A stretch of 64,000 nt of DNA, from contig OZ024742.1 of NCBI GenBank assembly GCA_964016885.1, forward strand, positions 169,260,001 through 169,324,000, read 5' to 3'. The notes under the pieces are model-generated. The model searched no databases. It was not told the origin of the DNA and was given only the letters and a program-made list of their open reading frames with translations. Shown piece after piece: positions 38,600 through 52,428 of the stretch; within the stretch, counting starts at the first letter, position 1, and each line of letters opens with the position of its first letter. A program made the position numbers and the translations under genes. This stretch comes from Eledone cirrhosa (taxonomy: Eukaryota).

Positions 38600-39097
38600 A
38601 AGCCCAGAAAAACCTGGGACGACTTGATAAATTCCGACCTCTCCAAGACAATGTCACTGGACCGAGATTTTTGGCGTTACACAGTAATACAGAAGACCCG
38701 CCTTGCCTAAGTACAAAGCGAAACCTACAGCCCGTAGGCACCTCTAACAAAACTACACCCTTGTCCCACTACCCCCACCCATCCACACCACCCCCTTCAA
38801 TGTGAAGTTATGTTGGTACCGCAACATCCAGTCCGAAACAAATGAGGTCGTGTAGGTGTCACAACAAAAAAAACACACAGTCCACGCTGCAATGTGGCCG
38901 TGTAGGTAACACGGTAAAAACCTCCCAGTCCACACTGTAAACGTGGTTGGTGTTAGGAAGGGCATCCAGCCATAGAAAACCTGCCAGACAGTCCTATACG
39001 AGCAAGACAACCAATCTTGCCTCAAGTGGGAAAACTCCCATCCAAACCCATGCAAGCGTGGAAGATGGACGTTAAACGATGATGATGATGATGATGA
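38600..39097 (+). mobile_element. RTE LINE 3' end (ORF tail, 3' UTR, (GAT)n)
   Basis: Same 3' UTR as 19848-20378 and 48895-49242. This tail recurs in many places, e.g. 10740-11010, 33555-34010, 46180-46400, 60815-60990, 63540-63797. Confidence 0.8.
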
Positions 39098-40006
39098 TAT
39101 ATATATACATGCACATATCACGATAATGATATACACATATATATATATATATATTTGCGTGCATATACATATACCTTATATATGTAATATACATACACAT
39201 ATCATACATATACATACACACTTCATATATATACGCACATATCAACCTCATCAATTAACATCCATCATTCATGGGTAGGACAGATTGACCCTTAGGCAAA
39301 AACATGTCAGAGGACCATGTTTAGCTCACCTGGGGCAGATTTTGGCTTTCTACAGCTGGGTGCCCTTCCTACCGCCAACCACATTTACCATGTGTGCTTG
39401 GTGCTTTTTATCATGTCACCTACACGACCACTTTACAGTGTGGACTGAACACTTTTGTCGTGAAACCTACATGACCTCTTTACAGTGTGGACTGGGCACC
39501 TTTGTCATGTTACCGACACGACCACTTTACAGTGAGGCCTAGGCATTTTTGTCTTGGGAGTAGGGAGAGGGGGAGGAAGCTTAGGGAATCTGTGATACTC
39601 TTACCCGGGACAAATCCAAACAGCATCTCATCTATGATAACCGCGTTCTCTAATCAGCTGATCTAAGAATCTTTCAGTGACCTTCATAACCTCATATATA
39701 TAACAAAATATCCCTCCATAAGAATACTAATTCTACCTTCGAGTATGAAACAGTGTGTAAGGAATAAAATTTGTTCTTAAAAGTCTTGTTTTCTCTATCT
39801 TATATTTCTGCTTTTATATATATATACATAGAGAGAGAGAGAGAGGAGAGACCACTAATCATGGGAGTACTCAATACATGGGAAGATGCAGAGTTAGCAT
39901 AGAGATAGGTAAAATCTCGACCACAGCAGCAAGTGGTTTCAGCTTGCGTGTTCATACAAGCCGAAACTGCTTGGCGCCAGCAATGCTTGAGCCTAAAGAT
40001 ACTTAC

Positions 40007-40096
40007 AAATCTGCTAGAGTTGTTATTCCGTACTGTTTTAGCATTTCCAAATGATTCCAACAAAGGATTGGATTCCAAAATGATTTCTTTCACCTT
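40007..40096 (-). CDS. MYO1E: Myosin-IE/F-like exon, switch I
   Basis: [30 protein letters not shown]; ttgcag acceptor, gtaagt donor; 90 nt. Confidence 0.97.
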
Positions 40097-41047
40097 CTGC
40101 AAAGAGGAAAGCAAAAAGAAAGAAAAGAATATACATAGATAAGAGGGAATGAATAATATCATATTGTACTGAATGGTGATGGTGGTTGTGGTGGTGGTGA
40201 TAGAGATACTGTTGTTGGTGGTAGTGGTGGTTGTGATAGTGGTGGTGGTGTCGGTGTGGTCATGGTGGTGGTGGTGGTGCTGGTACTGTTGTTGTTGTTG
40301 GTGGTGGTTGTAGTGTTGGCTGTGGTTGTGGTGGTATTGGTGGTGTTGGTGGTGTTTCTAAACACTGTAAATGTGGTTTGTGTTAGGAAGGACATCAGGC
40401 TGTAATACAGTTCCATTTGAGCATGGTATGGTGTGGTCAACTGGTTTTGATTGGGCTTTTACAGTTGCTGGATGCCCTTCCATAGTAGGACCATATTTTG
40501 GCTAGGTTTTGTGGTCGGTGGTTGCCCTTCCTAGCCCCAACCATGTTCACAGCACAGGAGCTGGATGGACCCATTATGAGGATGGTCTGACCAGTTGGCC
40601 GTGCCATACCTTGCCCATGGCAGGACCATGTTTTGGCTGGGTTTTTGTGTTTAGTGGATACCCTTTTTAAACACCAACTATGTTTTCAGCATGTGACTGG
40701 GTGGTCCCATTATGAGGCAAGTCTGGCCAGCTGGCCGCGCCATACCTTGCTCATTTTGGCTGAATTTTTATGACGCTGGATCCCCTTCCTAACACCAACC
40801 ACATCTACAGCTTAGAAAAACGGGACCGTGTTTTGGCTGGGTTTTTATGACTGCTGGATGTCCTTCCTAAGCCTCAGACATGTTTACAAAAATATAACCT
40901 TGTATTGGTTTAGAACCATACATAAGTACGTACGCACACACACACATTCATATATAAGAGATATACCATAATTTTTTAAGTGAGTATGGTCTCAAAAGGA
41001 GTTAATCTGGCCCTGTATATATCATAGCTAACTGGAAATATACTGAC

Positions 41048-41135
41048 CTGTAGAGCAGCACCTCCTCCAGAAACTTTGACAATATAATTCATGATAAGTT
41101 TAGCAGCTACTGTCTTTCCAGCACCACTTTCACCA
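41048..41135 (-). CDS. MYO1E: Myosin-IE/F-like exon, P-loop
   Basis: (S)[29 protein letters not shown], containing the myosin P-loop; ggcag acceptor, gtcagt donor; 88 nt, phase-compatible with the previous exon. Confidence 0.97.
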
Positions 41136-42291
41136 CTGCCAATAGAAAAAATAACCAGTTAGTATAGATTTAGATGGTGTTTGAAACATAATTTAATATA
41201 GATTTAGCTGGTGTTTGGAACATAATTTAACAAAGGTTCTTGCATAGAATTATTGTGGAATTGTTTTAGATAAATATAAAACACTTTAGCTCATTTGTTA
41301 CCATATTTCTTTTGAAAGACACTGCCTATGATTTCGGGGGGGGGGGGGGGGGGGTAATATAATAAACTTTCTTATTAGTCAGCTGGTGTTTGGAACATAA
41401 CATAACAAAGGTTTTTATATAGAACTATGGTGGAAGGTCTCAAGATAAATATAAACCCTTTAAAATAAACATTTTTTGTATCACCAAACCATGGGTAGTT
41501 AGTTACAGGAGGTTTGGTAATGAAAAGGTTAATTATTAATAATGAGTAGAAACAGCAAGTTGGAATATTTGTGGGAGTTCAGCAAGGGTCACAATTAGTG
41601 ATGTCTATAAAAGGGATTTGACTGTGAATTATACCGGTGGGACATGAGGGATGAGATGGTGATGAAAGCCTCAACAAAATACTGCTTATGCCCAAGACAC
41701 ATAGAACTACACTTGGTTGTTCTACTAAAAATGATGATGATGACGAAAGTGATGATAACAATGATAATGGCAACAATGATGACAGCAACTGATGATGATG
41801 ATGATAATAATTGTTTCTAAATGTTGTCACAAGGCTAACAATTACTCCAGTGCATTACTGGTACTTTATTCTATCGACTGTGTAAGGATGAAAGGCAAAG
41901 TTAACTTCGGCAGGATTTGAACTCATAACTCTATGCTGCTAAGCATGGTATCTGACACTCTACCGATACTGCCAATCCACCACAATAATGACGATAATGA
42001 TGATAATGATGATGGCAACAATAATGATGATGATAACGATGATTATGATGATGAAAATGATAACAACAACAATGATAATGAAGAGGAGGAGGAGATGAAA
42101 AAGTGTAACTATCATGTCATCATCACTTGCTCTTTTTTATGTAAAAAAAAATAATAACTGATCAATACTATAGTAACATTTTATTGATCTCTGAAAGATA
42201 AAAGGCTAAAGAGTCTTTCAGCTGAATTCAAACTCAGAAAAATCATTCATGGAAAATTCGATAATATATAAATCATATGACATTGTAGTTA

Positions 42292-42799
42292 CCATATATA
42301 CTCGAATATAAGCTGATCTGGTTAATTGCCGACACCCCTATTTTATGTCTGAGATATGGGCAAAAATCCAAACCTCAATTATAAACTGAGGCAGCTAATC
42401 ACATATTATGTTTAGATGCTGCAGTTTTGAAATTCTCATGAGTGAAGAATATATTTATGAAGTTTTAATATTTTCATACTTAAAATGTTTTAAGTTTCAT
42501 TTAGAGTGTAGTTTTTCTTTCACAACTCCATTATGTAATGATTTTTTACCAATTTCTGACCATTCAAAACATGACAAAAACAATAGGAAATACGAATTTC
42601 CTGTTGAAAGAGAAACCAGTGTAATATTGACCTCCGAAGTGAAACTGGTGTAATATTTACCTCCAACGCGAAAATACTTTAGCACCACATTTACATAGAA
42701 TTCCGAAATTGGTGAAAATCGGTAAATATAAGCCAACATTCCATTTTACCATCAATTTTTTTTTCTACTATTTCTCAGCTTATATACAAGTATATATGG
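42292..42799. mobile_element. TA-flanked non-autonomous DNA transposon (Tc1/pogo-like MITE)
   Basis: TIR ccatatatactcgaatataagctga matched by tcagcttatatacaagtatatatgg; a related copy at about 15700-16430. Confidence 0.7.
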
Positions 42800-43085
42800 T
42801 ATATCTGTGTATATAACATTATCGATATATTTTAGTATATATATATCACTGTAGATTAGAGCCTTTTATTGAATAGCATACATGGTTTCTTAGATTCTGC
42901 ACTCTGAGATCAAATCCAGCTAATGTTAACTTTGCCTTCATCTGTTTGATGATATGCCGAGATATAGTGACAGTTTTATTGACCAAGAAAGGAAAAGATA
43001 AGTGTTAGTATTAAAAACAAAAACATTATGTAAATAAGGAATGAGCCAGTATAGTTTCTAAATGAAAACAAAAATACAAACATAC

Positions 43086-43180
43086 CTGATTATAACACAC
43101 TGGTCTTCTGTTTCTATTAACATGTTTCTATACATGTTATCTGTCAGGGCATATATATGTGGTGGATTTTCATAGCTGGC
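43086..43180 (-). CDS. MYO1E: Myosin-IE/F-like exon
   Basis: [31 protein letters not shown](S); atag acceptor, gtatgt donor; 95 nt. Not in the ORF track. Confidence 0.95.
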
Positions 43181-43619
43181 CTATGATATATATTATATAA
43201 GTAGTTTTGATAAGTTGGTAACATTGACAAAACTTTGAAGTAAACAGTCACTATTAATAACAAATATTACGTAGACTCTCCACACAGTACATGACTTCTT
43301 CATTCACTGTATGTTTAATGTGTTTATTACATAAAACCATAAATAAGCATTGATAATATACTCTTATATTTATAATATACACAAATTTTATATACATATA
43401 AAAATGAGAAAACTCGTTGTTAGAACAGCCATTAAAACAGCCAAATACTATCAAAGACAGCAATGGGCAAAAATGCTCCAGGTGGACAGAGACCAGCGGC
43501 CAGTCTTTGACAAAAAAGCAATTCATGAGGTGAGTGACAAGCAGACAAAACACAGAAAAATTGAAAGAGGAGGAAGACAAGGAGAAATGTGTAAGTGCAC
43601 AGAAATGACTGGAAGAAAG

Positions 43620-44445
43620 AAATAAAGAAAGGCGACAACCACTTAATCACCCATAGAGCATTGGAGCACACAAACCAAATAGATCTTGTCCCTCCTTGGT
43701 GACGAATGTACCTCCCAACATAACCTAGTAGTTAGTGATTTTATAATTAGCAGCTTAGTAAGTAAGGCAATTAAGGATATGAAGATAGACAAAACAACTG
43801 GGCTATCTGGAATAGTTGCTGAGATGCTGAAATCATTTGGGATGGTAGGATATACCTTAACTACCAGTATCCTAAACTAAGTAATATAATGCCTGGTATA
43901 GCAGCAGCATCGTCAACTACTACAAGGGCAAAGGAGATGAACTAGATAGAGGAAACTATTGAGGCATCAAATTGATGGACCAGGTCATGAAAGTTGTAGA
44001 GAGTCATTGTACAACTGATTAGGGACTGATTCAACCCAGAAGAGATACAGTTTGGATTTGTGCCACATAAAAGTACCACTGATGCTCTCTTCCTTGTGAG
44101 GCAGCTGTAGGAGAAGTACCGAGCTAAAAATAAGCTCCTGTACTTGGCATTTATTGACCTGGAGAAAGCACTTGACAGAGTCCCCCCAATCCATAATCTG
44201 GTGAGCGCTTAAGAATCTAGGGGTAGATGAGTGGCTAGTGAGGGCTGTACAAGTCATGTACAGAGAAACAGTCAGTAAGGTTAGAATTAATAATGATGAT
44301 AGTGAGGAGTTTAATGTGCAAGTGTCCTCTAGGCTATAACAGAAGAATCTAAAACAGGCAGCCCATGGGAATTCCTACAAGCTAATGATCTAACTCTCAT
44401 AACTGAATCTATGGCAGAATTAGAAAAAGAAATTCCAGACCTGAA
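43620..44445 (+). mobile_element. Degraded, internally deleted RTE LINE fragment
   Basis: KAIKDMK, EIQFGFVP, FIDLEKALDRVP remnants with stops. Confidence 0.82.
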
Positions 44446-45201
44446 GGAAGGAAGGAGGAAGAAAGGAAGGAAGGAAGGGAGGATAGATGGATGGATGAAT
44501 GGATAGGTAGATAGATGGATGAAGGATAGGTAGATAGATAGATAAATGCCCCATGTATTAATTTACAACTACAATGTACACATGAATATCGATCTCATAC
44601 TTTCCTTCACAAATCTTAGTCGACTTTTTGACTATATTAACACATTAAACATAGAGAGAAATAATACACAAACATCAAATTGAAACAAACAGACAGACAG
44701 AAAATGTTAGGCAGGTAAACAAACAGGTAAACAGACAGACCGGTAAACATATAGACAAACTGACAAGCAGGTAAACAGACAGACAGGTAAACAGACAGAT
44801 AGATAAACAGACATAGTGTGTTGTGAAAATGAGGTCAACAGACAGAAATAGAGAGATATTTTAAAGAATCAATAAGTGAGAGAGAGACAGAGAGATATAA
44901 AAAGAGACAGAGAGAGACAAACAAAGAGATAGAGAGGAAGATATACAGAAATAGACAGAGAGACAGACAGACAGTCAGACAGAGAGAGAGAGAGAGTGAG
45001 AGTAAACAAAGAGACACAGACAGACAGGCCGAGTGAGAGACAAGCAAAGACAAAGAGAGGGAGAAGGAGAGAGAGAAAGAGAGAGAGAAAGAGAGGGAGA
45101 GAGAGAGACAGAGAGAAAGAGAGAGAGGGAGAGAGAGGGAGAGAGAGAAAGAGAGAGAGATAGAGAGAGAGCAAGCAAATAATAGTAAAATGGTTACTCA
45201 C

Positions 45202-45291
45202 AGCTCTTTCGTACATATCAACATGTTTATCAGTAAATATCTGTAACTGCTGGAATGGATTTACCGATATTAGCACCGGTCCTATGTATGT
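45202..45291 (-). CDS. MYO1E: Myosin-IE/F-like exon
   Basis: TYIGPVLISVNPFQQLQIFTDKHVDMYERA; ctccag acceptor, gtgagt donor; 90 nt. Confidence 0.95.
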
Positions 45292-47068
45292 CTGGAGTCA
45301 AAGAGTTAAGGATAAAAATCTGGAATATTGGCAAGCATATACCATAGCATATATATTGACACTGCATACCCTCAGTCTTGGGGTAGTTTGTTGAAGACTC
45401 ATCATCATTGTCATCATCAACAATCTCATCATCACTGTCATTATCATTGTCATCATTGCCATCATCATGGTCATCATCATTGCCATCATTGCCATCATCA
45501 TCATCATCATCATCATTGTCAGCATTGTCATTGTCAACAGATATCATCTGCTCTCAACAGGTTGAATTCCGTGGTTTGTTCTAAAGCTATCCGTGGTTAA
45601 CTACAGAAGTGTATAAATGATAGAGTTCCAACCCCTTGCATGATGACTGGTAGACTATGGTGGGATTTGAACTCTGAATACAAAGGGAAGTAAAGCCCCT
45701 TTCAGCAGGGTTTGCAACCCAAAAAATTCCTCTCCAAAGCACAAACCTGGGTAAGGTATTCTTGTGGAAGACCAACAGTTGTATATCTATGCCAATCTAC
45801 TTTCTCCATGCCACCAATGTTGCCCAAGAAAAAGGCAAAAACCAATACAGCTTGGCATCTCACATATACACTTTATATATACTTTATATACACTATATAT
45901 ATTCTTTATATACACTATATATATACTATATATACACTGGTATCAGTAATATCACAACTCATTTTTTCCAGCAGAACTGAAGTAATATGAAATAGAAAGG
46001 GCTGGAATAAACACTGCAATGCATCTTATTAAACATCGAAGTACACAACTATACATAACAGTCTCCTCTCACCACACCACACACGGTCAACCATACATAC
46101 TATTATCTCCCCGCACCACGCCACCATTCAGTCAACCATACATACCATCATCTCCCCTCTCCATACCACTATACAGTCAACTCATCATCATCATCACCGT
46201 TTTACGTCCGTTTTTCCACACTAGCATGGGTTAGATGGGTTGTCCTGTTGTGGGCAGTGTCCGGTCGGCTGACCTTGTCTGGCTCATACGGGAACAGATT
46301 CTGGCTTGATTTCTACAGCTGGATGCCCTTCCTAACACCAACCTCATTTACAGTGAGTGATGGGTGCTTTTTTTTCGTGGCGCCTACACGTCCACTTTGC
46401 ATTGGAATGATAGGGACCCCAGTCCTAATATCTCATTTCTACAGCTGAGTAAACTGGAGCAATGTGAAATAAAGTGCCTTGCTCAAGGAAACAACACATC
46501 ACCCGGTCCGAGAATTGAACTCACAACCTTTCGATTGCAAGCCCAATGCTCTAACCACTAAGCCATGCGCCTTCATAATAATCTTCTCCCTCCATGCCAC
46601 TGATGTTGTCCATAGTTGTCTATACTTACCAGACCATACAGTCGTCCATACATACCAGACCATACAGTTGTCCATACATACCAGACCATACAGTTGTCCA
46701 TACTTACCAGTCCATGCAGTTGTCCGTACATACCAGACCAAACAGTTGTCCATGCATACCAGACCATACAGTTGTCCATACATACCAGACCATACAGTTG
46801 TCCATACTTACCAGTCCATGCAGTTGTCCGTACATACCAGACCATACAGTTGTCCATACTTACCAGTCCATGCAGTTGTCCATACATACCAGACCAAACA
46901 GTTGTCCATGCATACCAGACCATACAGTTGTCCTTACATACCAGACCATACAGTTGTCCTTACATACCAGACCATACAATTGTCCATGCATACCAGTTTA
47001 TGCAGTTGTCCAAACAGGTCAGTCTGAGAGAGAGAGAGAGAGATAGAAAGACAATATTCAAAGGATAC
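45292..47068 (-). other. U12-type (minor spliceosome) GT-AG intron
   Basis: 5' splice site GTATCCTTT at 47068; branch site TCCTTAAC at 45312-45305, ending 11 nt before the AG acceptor at 45293-45292. Confidence 0.9.
46605..47011. repeat. 26-bp minisatellite, about 15 copies, inside the U12 intron
   Basis: Unit cataccagaccatacagttgtccata with variants. Confidence 0.93.
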
Positions 47069-47197
47069 ATAGATGATTTTCTCTTTCAACCGTTTTTTAA
47101 GATTCTCACTGATGGCTGATACTGAGATCTTCTGTAGAAGAACCATGTCATCAACTCCTGCATTGCGAACATTGTGACTCTGCCAATGATGATAGGC
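47069..47197 (-). CDS. MYO1E: Myosin-IE/F-like, coding exon (first confidently identified)
   Basis: Encodes AYHHWQSHNVRNAGVDDMVLLQKISVSAISENLKKRLKEKIIY, matching the myosin-1E/F N-terminus (HWQSHNV..GVDDMVLL). Acceptor ttccag, donor GTATCCTT; 129 nt, phase 0/0. Confidence 0.95.
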
Positions 47198-49488
47198 CTG
47201 GAATAACAATACAAGAGAGAGTTAGAGAGACTGAGACAGTGAGAGAGTTAGACAGACAGACAGAAAGAGAGAGAGACATACTAAGATGGAGACAGAGAGA
47301 GGGGGAAGTTAGAGAGAGAGGGAGAGACAGGATTAGAGAGACAGAGAGCAAGAGAGAGAGAGAGAGAGTTAGAAAGAGACAGAGAAATGGAGAGACAGAA
47401 AGAGTTAGGGAGAGACAGAGACAGAAAGAGAGAGTTAAAGAGAGATGGAAACTTTAGAGAATTGAAGAAAAAGACAATGTTGTTGTTACAGCTTATACCT
47501 ATGTAGGTTTAGCTTGCCTACTATGAGGTATTACATCTCATAGGAGGTTTCTTGGGTATTTTAATGATAGGGGCCCCAGTCCTATCATGTGATTTCTATT
47601 ATAGCTCACATCTTTGTATGTTAAAAATATATGGGAAATAAACAAATCTTACCAATTATCAAGGTTTTTGGAGGATTTGAAATTAGAAATATTGAAATCC
47701 AAACAGATTCTCTATAATGATAATAGCGTTATAAAACTGGGTAAGATATCTTTAGGGATAGAAAATAAGTGGCCACTTATTTTCAGTCACTAAGGGTATC
47801 TTACCTGATTTTCTGTCACTAAGGTTATTTTACTTGATTTTCTAGTGTTATTATTATTGTCCTGCCCTGTCCAACCCATGCAAGACAAATTCCACAACAT
47901 ACTGCCAAGTGCAACTCACTCTCTTAAGGGCCACCTCCACCATGGCATGTCAAATGCTCTTCCACTGTGGGATGCAACTCTCTCTCCACCCCCACTAGCA
48001 AGCAAAATGTAGCCTGATACTTTCTGTTTTTACAAAATATAACACATAAAGTTTGCTCTGTAAGGAGGTAGAGTTTGTGCCACAAAAAAAAAACATGCAA
48101 TCCACCCAGGAAGGGCATCCAACCATAGAAAAACCAAGTCAAAAACAGAACGTATGAGCATAAAGTAGTCACCTGAGCAGTTAAACCCAGCCTCATAACA
48201 TAACAGTCCATCTAACCCATGCAAATATGGAAAATCGATGTTAAATGTGATGATGATTTGATTTGAATAAAATGGTCTACTTTTTCCTTGATGGGCTTAT
48301 TTTGCTTAATAGTAAAGATATAATATTTTGCTTTGATAGTAAAGATATAATATGAGAAAGATTTAACTACTGTTTTTAATAAATCAAGTGACTAAGTAGA
48401 GGTTCAGTGACTATGTAATAGTTCAGACTTTGGTGTTGGTTAAAGCAATGATAGGCAACATAGGTACCATCGGGATGTAACAGTTGTTGTTCCTCTCTAA
48501 TTATCATTGATGGTATGTGTATCCCAGTCTATAACTGGTATTGCTGTGGATGTGTTTCTTATATTTGTCTGGACTGAGTGGAAGAAATAGTGTTCTGGAG
48601 TGGTGTTGTAGTGGTGTTAAGGTGGTGTTGTAGTGGTGTTACGATATGTTGTAGTGGTGTTATGATGGTGTTGTAGTGGTATTGTGGTGTTAAAGTGTAT
48701 TGTAGTGGTCTTTTGGTGTGTTGTAGTCATGTTGTAGTGGTGTTAAGGTGTGGTAAAGTGGTGTTATGGTGGTGTTGTAGAGTGTAGTAATGTTGTAGAT
48801 AATTCTGAGTGGAAGAGTTAGTGATTTATGATAGTGATATAGTAGTGTTTTGAAGTGTTGTATATATTTCTGAATGTTTAGAAGTGTATATATACACCCC
48901 CGTCCCACCACCCCCACCCCATCCACACCGCCCCCTTCTATGTAAAGTTATGTTGGTGCCAAACCATCCAGGCCGAAACAAATGAGATCGTGTAGGTGTC
49001 ATGACAAAAAAACACACAGTCCACGCTGTAATGTGGCCGTGTAGGCAACACGGTAAAAACCTCCCAGACCCACACTGTAAATGTGGTTGGTGTTAGGAAG
49101 GGCATCCAACTGTAGAAAACCCGCCAGACAGTCCTATGCGAGCAAGACAATCACTCTTGCCTCAAGTGGGAAAACCCCCGTCCAAACCCATGCAAGTGTG
49201 GTGGAACACGGACGTTAAACGTTGATGATGATGATGATGATGAGGTGGAAGTGTATACATGAAATGGAAGTGTATACATGAAATGGAAGTTATACATGAG
49301 GTGGAAGTGTATACATGAGTGGAAGTGTATACATGAGTGGAAGTGTATGCATGTAGTCAAAATGTATACATGTAATGAAAATATACAGATGTAATGGAAG
49401 TGTATAGATGCAATAGAAGTGTATATATATGTTATGGAAGGGGGTGTTAGAATTGGATGTCACTATTCACTATGGCAACAAACCATAC

Positions 49489-49515
49489 CTGTTTCCTGTA
49501 GAGCTGTTCCTTCAT
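49489..49515 (-). CDS. Candidate initial coding exon of the myosin gene (MKEQLYRKQ)
   Basis: ATG AAG GAA CAG CTC TAC AGG AAA CAG followed by gtatgg, a phase-0 donor compatible with the exon at 47197. No homology support. Confidence 0.3.
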
Positions 49516-50294
49516 GTTCAGTGCTTTTTTCAGTATTTTTTGCTTTATTCTGAAGAAAGTCTCTTTAACAAGCTAGAGTATACTGCTTTCTGTTCTAAGT
49601 AGTAGCATGATGTGAAGAAACAAGATTAGTATTGCTGTTGTATGATGGGACTAATATTGTTGCTGTTGCTAATACTGTTGTTGTTATAACAACAGTATAC
49701 TGTAGCAGTGATGTTAATGTGACAGTGGCATGTGCCAAGTTTTCTGTACCAAATCTCACCTGCCACCATTTACAGGTAATCCAATCAATCACAGTAACTC
49801 TACATGTTGCTTCACCATCATGCTGTATTTAGGAGATTATAGGATTATCTCTGTCGCAAACAGATTTAACAAGAAAATGAACTCCATAAAGTGCTGTTCA
49901 ATCAATTGACTGATTGATAAATAGATAGATTCATTGATTTATTGATCCATTGATTCATTGATCTCATACCAATAAGAAGGACACTCGAGGATACAGAGTT
50001 TTTTCCAGTCCTTGACAAAAATATTTTTTTTATGTAAAATGGTTAGCACTAGGAAGGGCATCTAACAGTAGGAAGCATGTAAAAATTTGGAGTATATGAT
50101 TTAAATAAAGTCACCTGGCCAGTCAAACTTTAGAACATAACTACCTGTCTAATCCATGATGGTAATGATGATGGTGTAATAGACATGTTATATATTCTAG
50201 AAACTCATAGGACAATATAAGACTAATATGAAACAAATATTAGTTTCTGCTTGCAAAGCAGAAATGTAAACTTGTGTGTGTATGTGTATGTATG

Positions 50295-50360
<66 letters not shown>

Positions 50361-50458
50361 CCACCACCGCCGCCACCGCCACCACCATCATCATTGTTTT
50401 ACGTCAAATTTTCCATGCTAGCATGGGTTATATATATATATATATATATATATATTAC

Positions 50459-51092
50459 TAGCTGAGGTACCCGGTAATACCCGGGAGCGGGGGTATTCCC
50501 AGTTCCCATTAAAATGCCCAATGCCTCTCAGACCAAAAATGAAACCAAAATATAAGACAGATAATGAAAAGCGAAGACAAATTCATATACGAAACATTAA
50601 TTGTTTCTACTTTAGGCACAAGGCCAGCAATTACCCAGTGCATTACTGGTACTTTATTTTATCTACCCCGTAAGGATGAAAGGCAAAGTCAACCTCGGCG
50701 GGATTTCATATACGAAACATTAATACAAACAAATATTGTTGATTGCATTGGTCAGGCGAAAAAATGTTTGTCAGAGAAGTTGAGTGTTGCTATAAGGAAA
50801 AAAATAGAACCCCCATTAGGGTGTCTTAATATTATTGAAATTTGCTGAAATTTTGTGAATAGGCATCATATCTTGTTATTTACCTATGGTTTAAATTTCA
50901 TATAAATCGAAGGGAAAAAATTTTCAGCGGGGGTTTTGTGCCCCGGGGAACCCTTTGATTAAAATGAAATATACGTAAGAAATCAAATGGGCATGAGCCC
51001 CACACAACTGTCAAGTTTCATCAAGATTAGTTTGGCAGTTTTTGAGTTTTAGGTTCACAAACAGACAGAAATTGCCATTTATGTATATAGAA
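50459..51092 (-). mobile_element. Non-autonomous Helitron-like element containing a SINE insertion
   Basis: Minus strand starts tctatatacataaa and ends cccgggtattaccgggtacctcagCTAG|T (hairpin + CTAG). SINE at about 50600-50704 is flanked by a 20-bp duplication ttcatatacgaaacattaat. Confidence 0.65.
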
Positions 51093-51121
51093 GATAATTT
51101 ATACATATATATATATATATG

Positions 51122-52370
51122 AGAGAGATCTCCTTTCTTTGGCATTGGGACAATGTTACTGGTCCTCCACTGATTCGGGGCAACTCCCTTCTCCAGTGCC
51201 TGGTTACAGAACTCCAGGATGATATCAAAATCACACCTTTTCATCACCTCTGATGCCACTCCATCTTCTCCATGAGCTTTGCCCTCCTTGATTTTCTTCT
51301 TGGCTCTCTAAAGCTCCTCTTTGGCGAAGGGGCCTGTCTCAATATCCAGTTCCTCAAACAGCTGCCTGATCTCCCCAGTGTTCTGGGCTATGGAAGGCGA
51401 CTCTCCTAGTAGGGTCTTACAATGATCCAGTCATTTCTTCTTCCTATCCTTGAGCCCTGTTCCCTGGATCTGATTCAAACTCCCTCTCTTCCTCTCTGTG
51501 ATCTCATTGATGATCGTCCAGCTCTCTTTACACCTAGACCTGTCAACCACTCTCTCCACACTTCTGATCTTCTCTATCAGCGCTTCCTCTGGCCTCAGTG
51601 TAAGCAGTACAGAGTTCTTCCTTCATCACCTCTGTAGGATCAGCATGGAATTGGTCCTTGGCAGCTTTCAGGTGTTCTCTGGCTGCACACATCTTTGAGT
51701 CTGCAGAGCTGACGTTCTTCCTCTTCTTTCTCTTGGCACCAGGGCCTCACTTGCTTCTGCCACTGCAGTGGTGAAGTACCCATACCTTCTCGTCACACTC
51801 TCCTCAGTCCCTCCAATCTCTGGGAGCAAAGATTGGAAAGACAGAGGACAATGTGGTTGAGAGGAAAAGCAAAACCTGGGCAGCGTGCCACAGTTTGAGA
51901 TCGGTGTGGAAGTCAGACCTTCATAAAAACCTGAAGATCCATCTCTTTGTTGCTACAGTGGAGTCTGTACTACTGTACGGGTCTGAGATTCGGACACTGA
52001 CCAAGAAACTCAGATGGTGGATGGGTGCTACACGAGAATGCTGAGGATGGCTCTGAACATTAATCAGTACACACTGGGGATGAAGAACTCAGAGCTGTAT
52101 GGAAGCCTCCCAAAAGTCAGTTCGAAAGTAACACAGAGGAGACTAAGGTTAGCTGGACATACTCACCGACATTCAGAGTTGACACTTCACTCAGTGCTCC
52201 TGTGGGAGCCCCTAGACGGACACACCAGAAGAGGGAGACTGAGGTTGATATATATTGATGCCCTAAGGACACACTGGACTCTGGGAGACGCAGGACATGG
52301 CGGCGATGATAAAAAACAGAGACCGCTGGAGAGAACTCGTCCATGGATCTCGGGAATTTTACCCACCCTA
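51122..52370. mobile_element. Non-LTR (RTE-like) element with inverted 5' segment
   Basis: Minus 51122-51830 gives a pre-RT region (NQWRTSNIVPMPKKGDLS). Plus 51830-52370 gives the C-terminus (ESVLLYGSE, RRLRLAGH, LLWEP). A related 3' remnant lies at about 7000-7390. Confidence 0.75.
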
Positions 52371-52371
52371 G

Positions 52372-52428
<57 letters not shown>

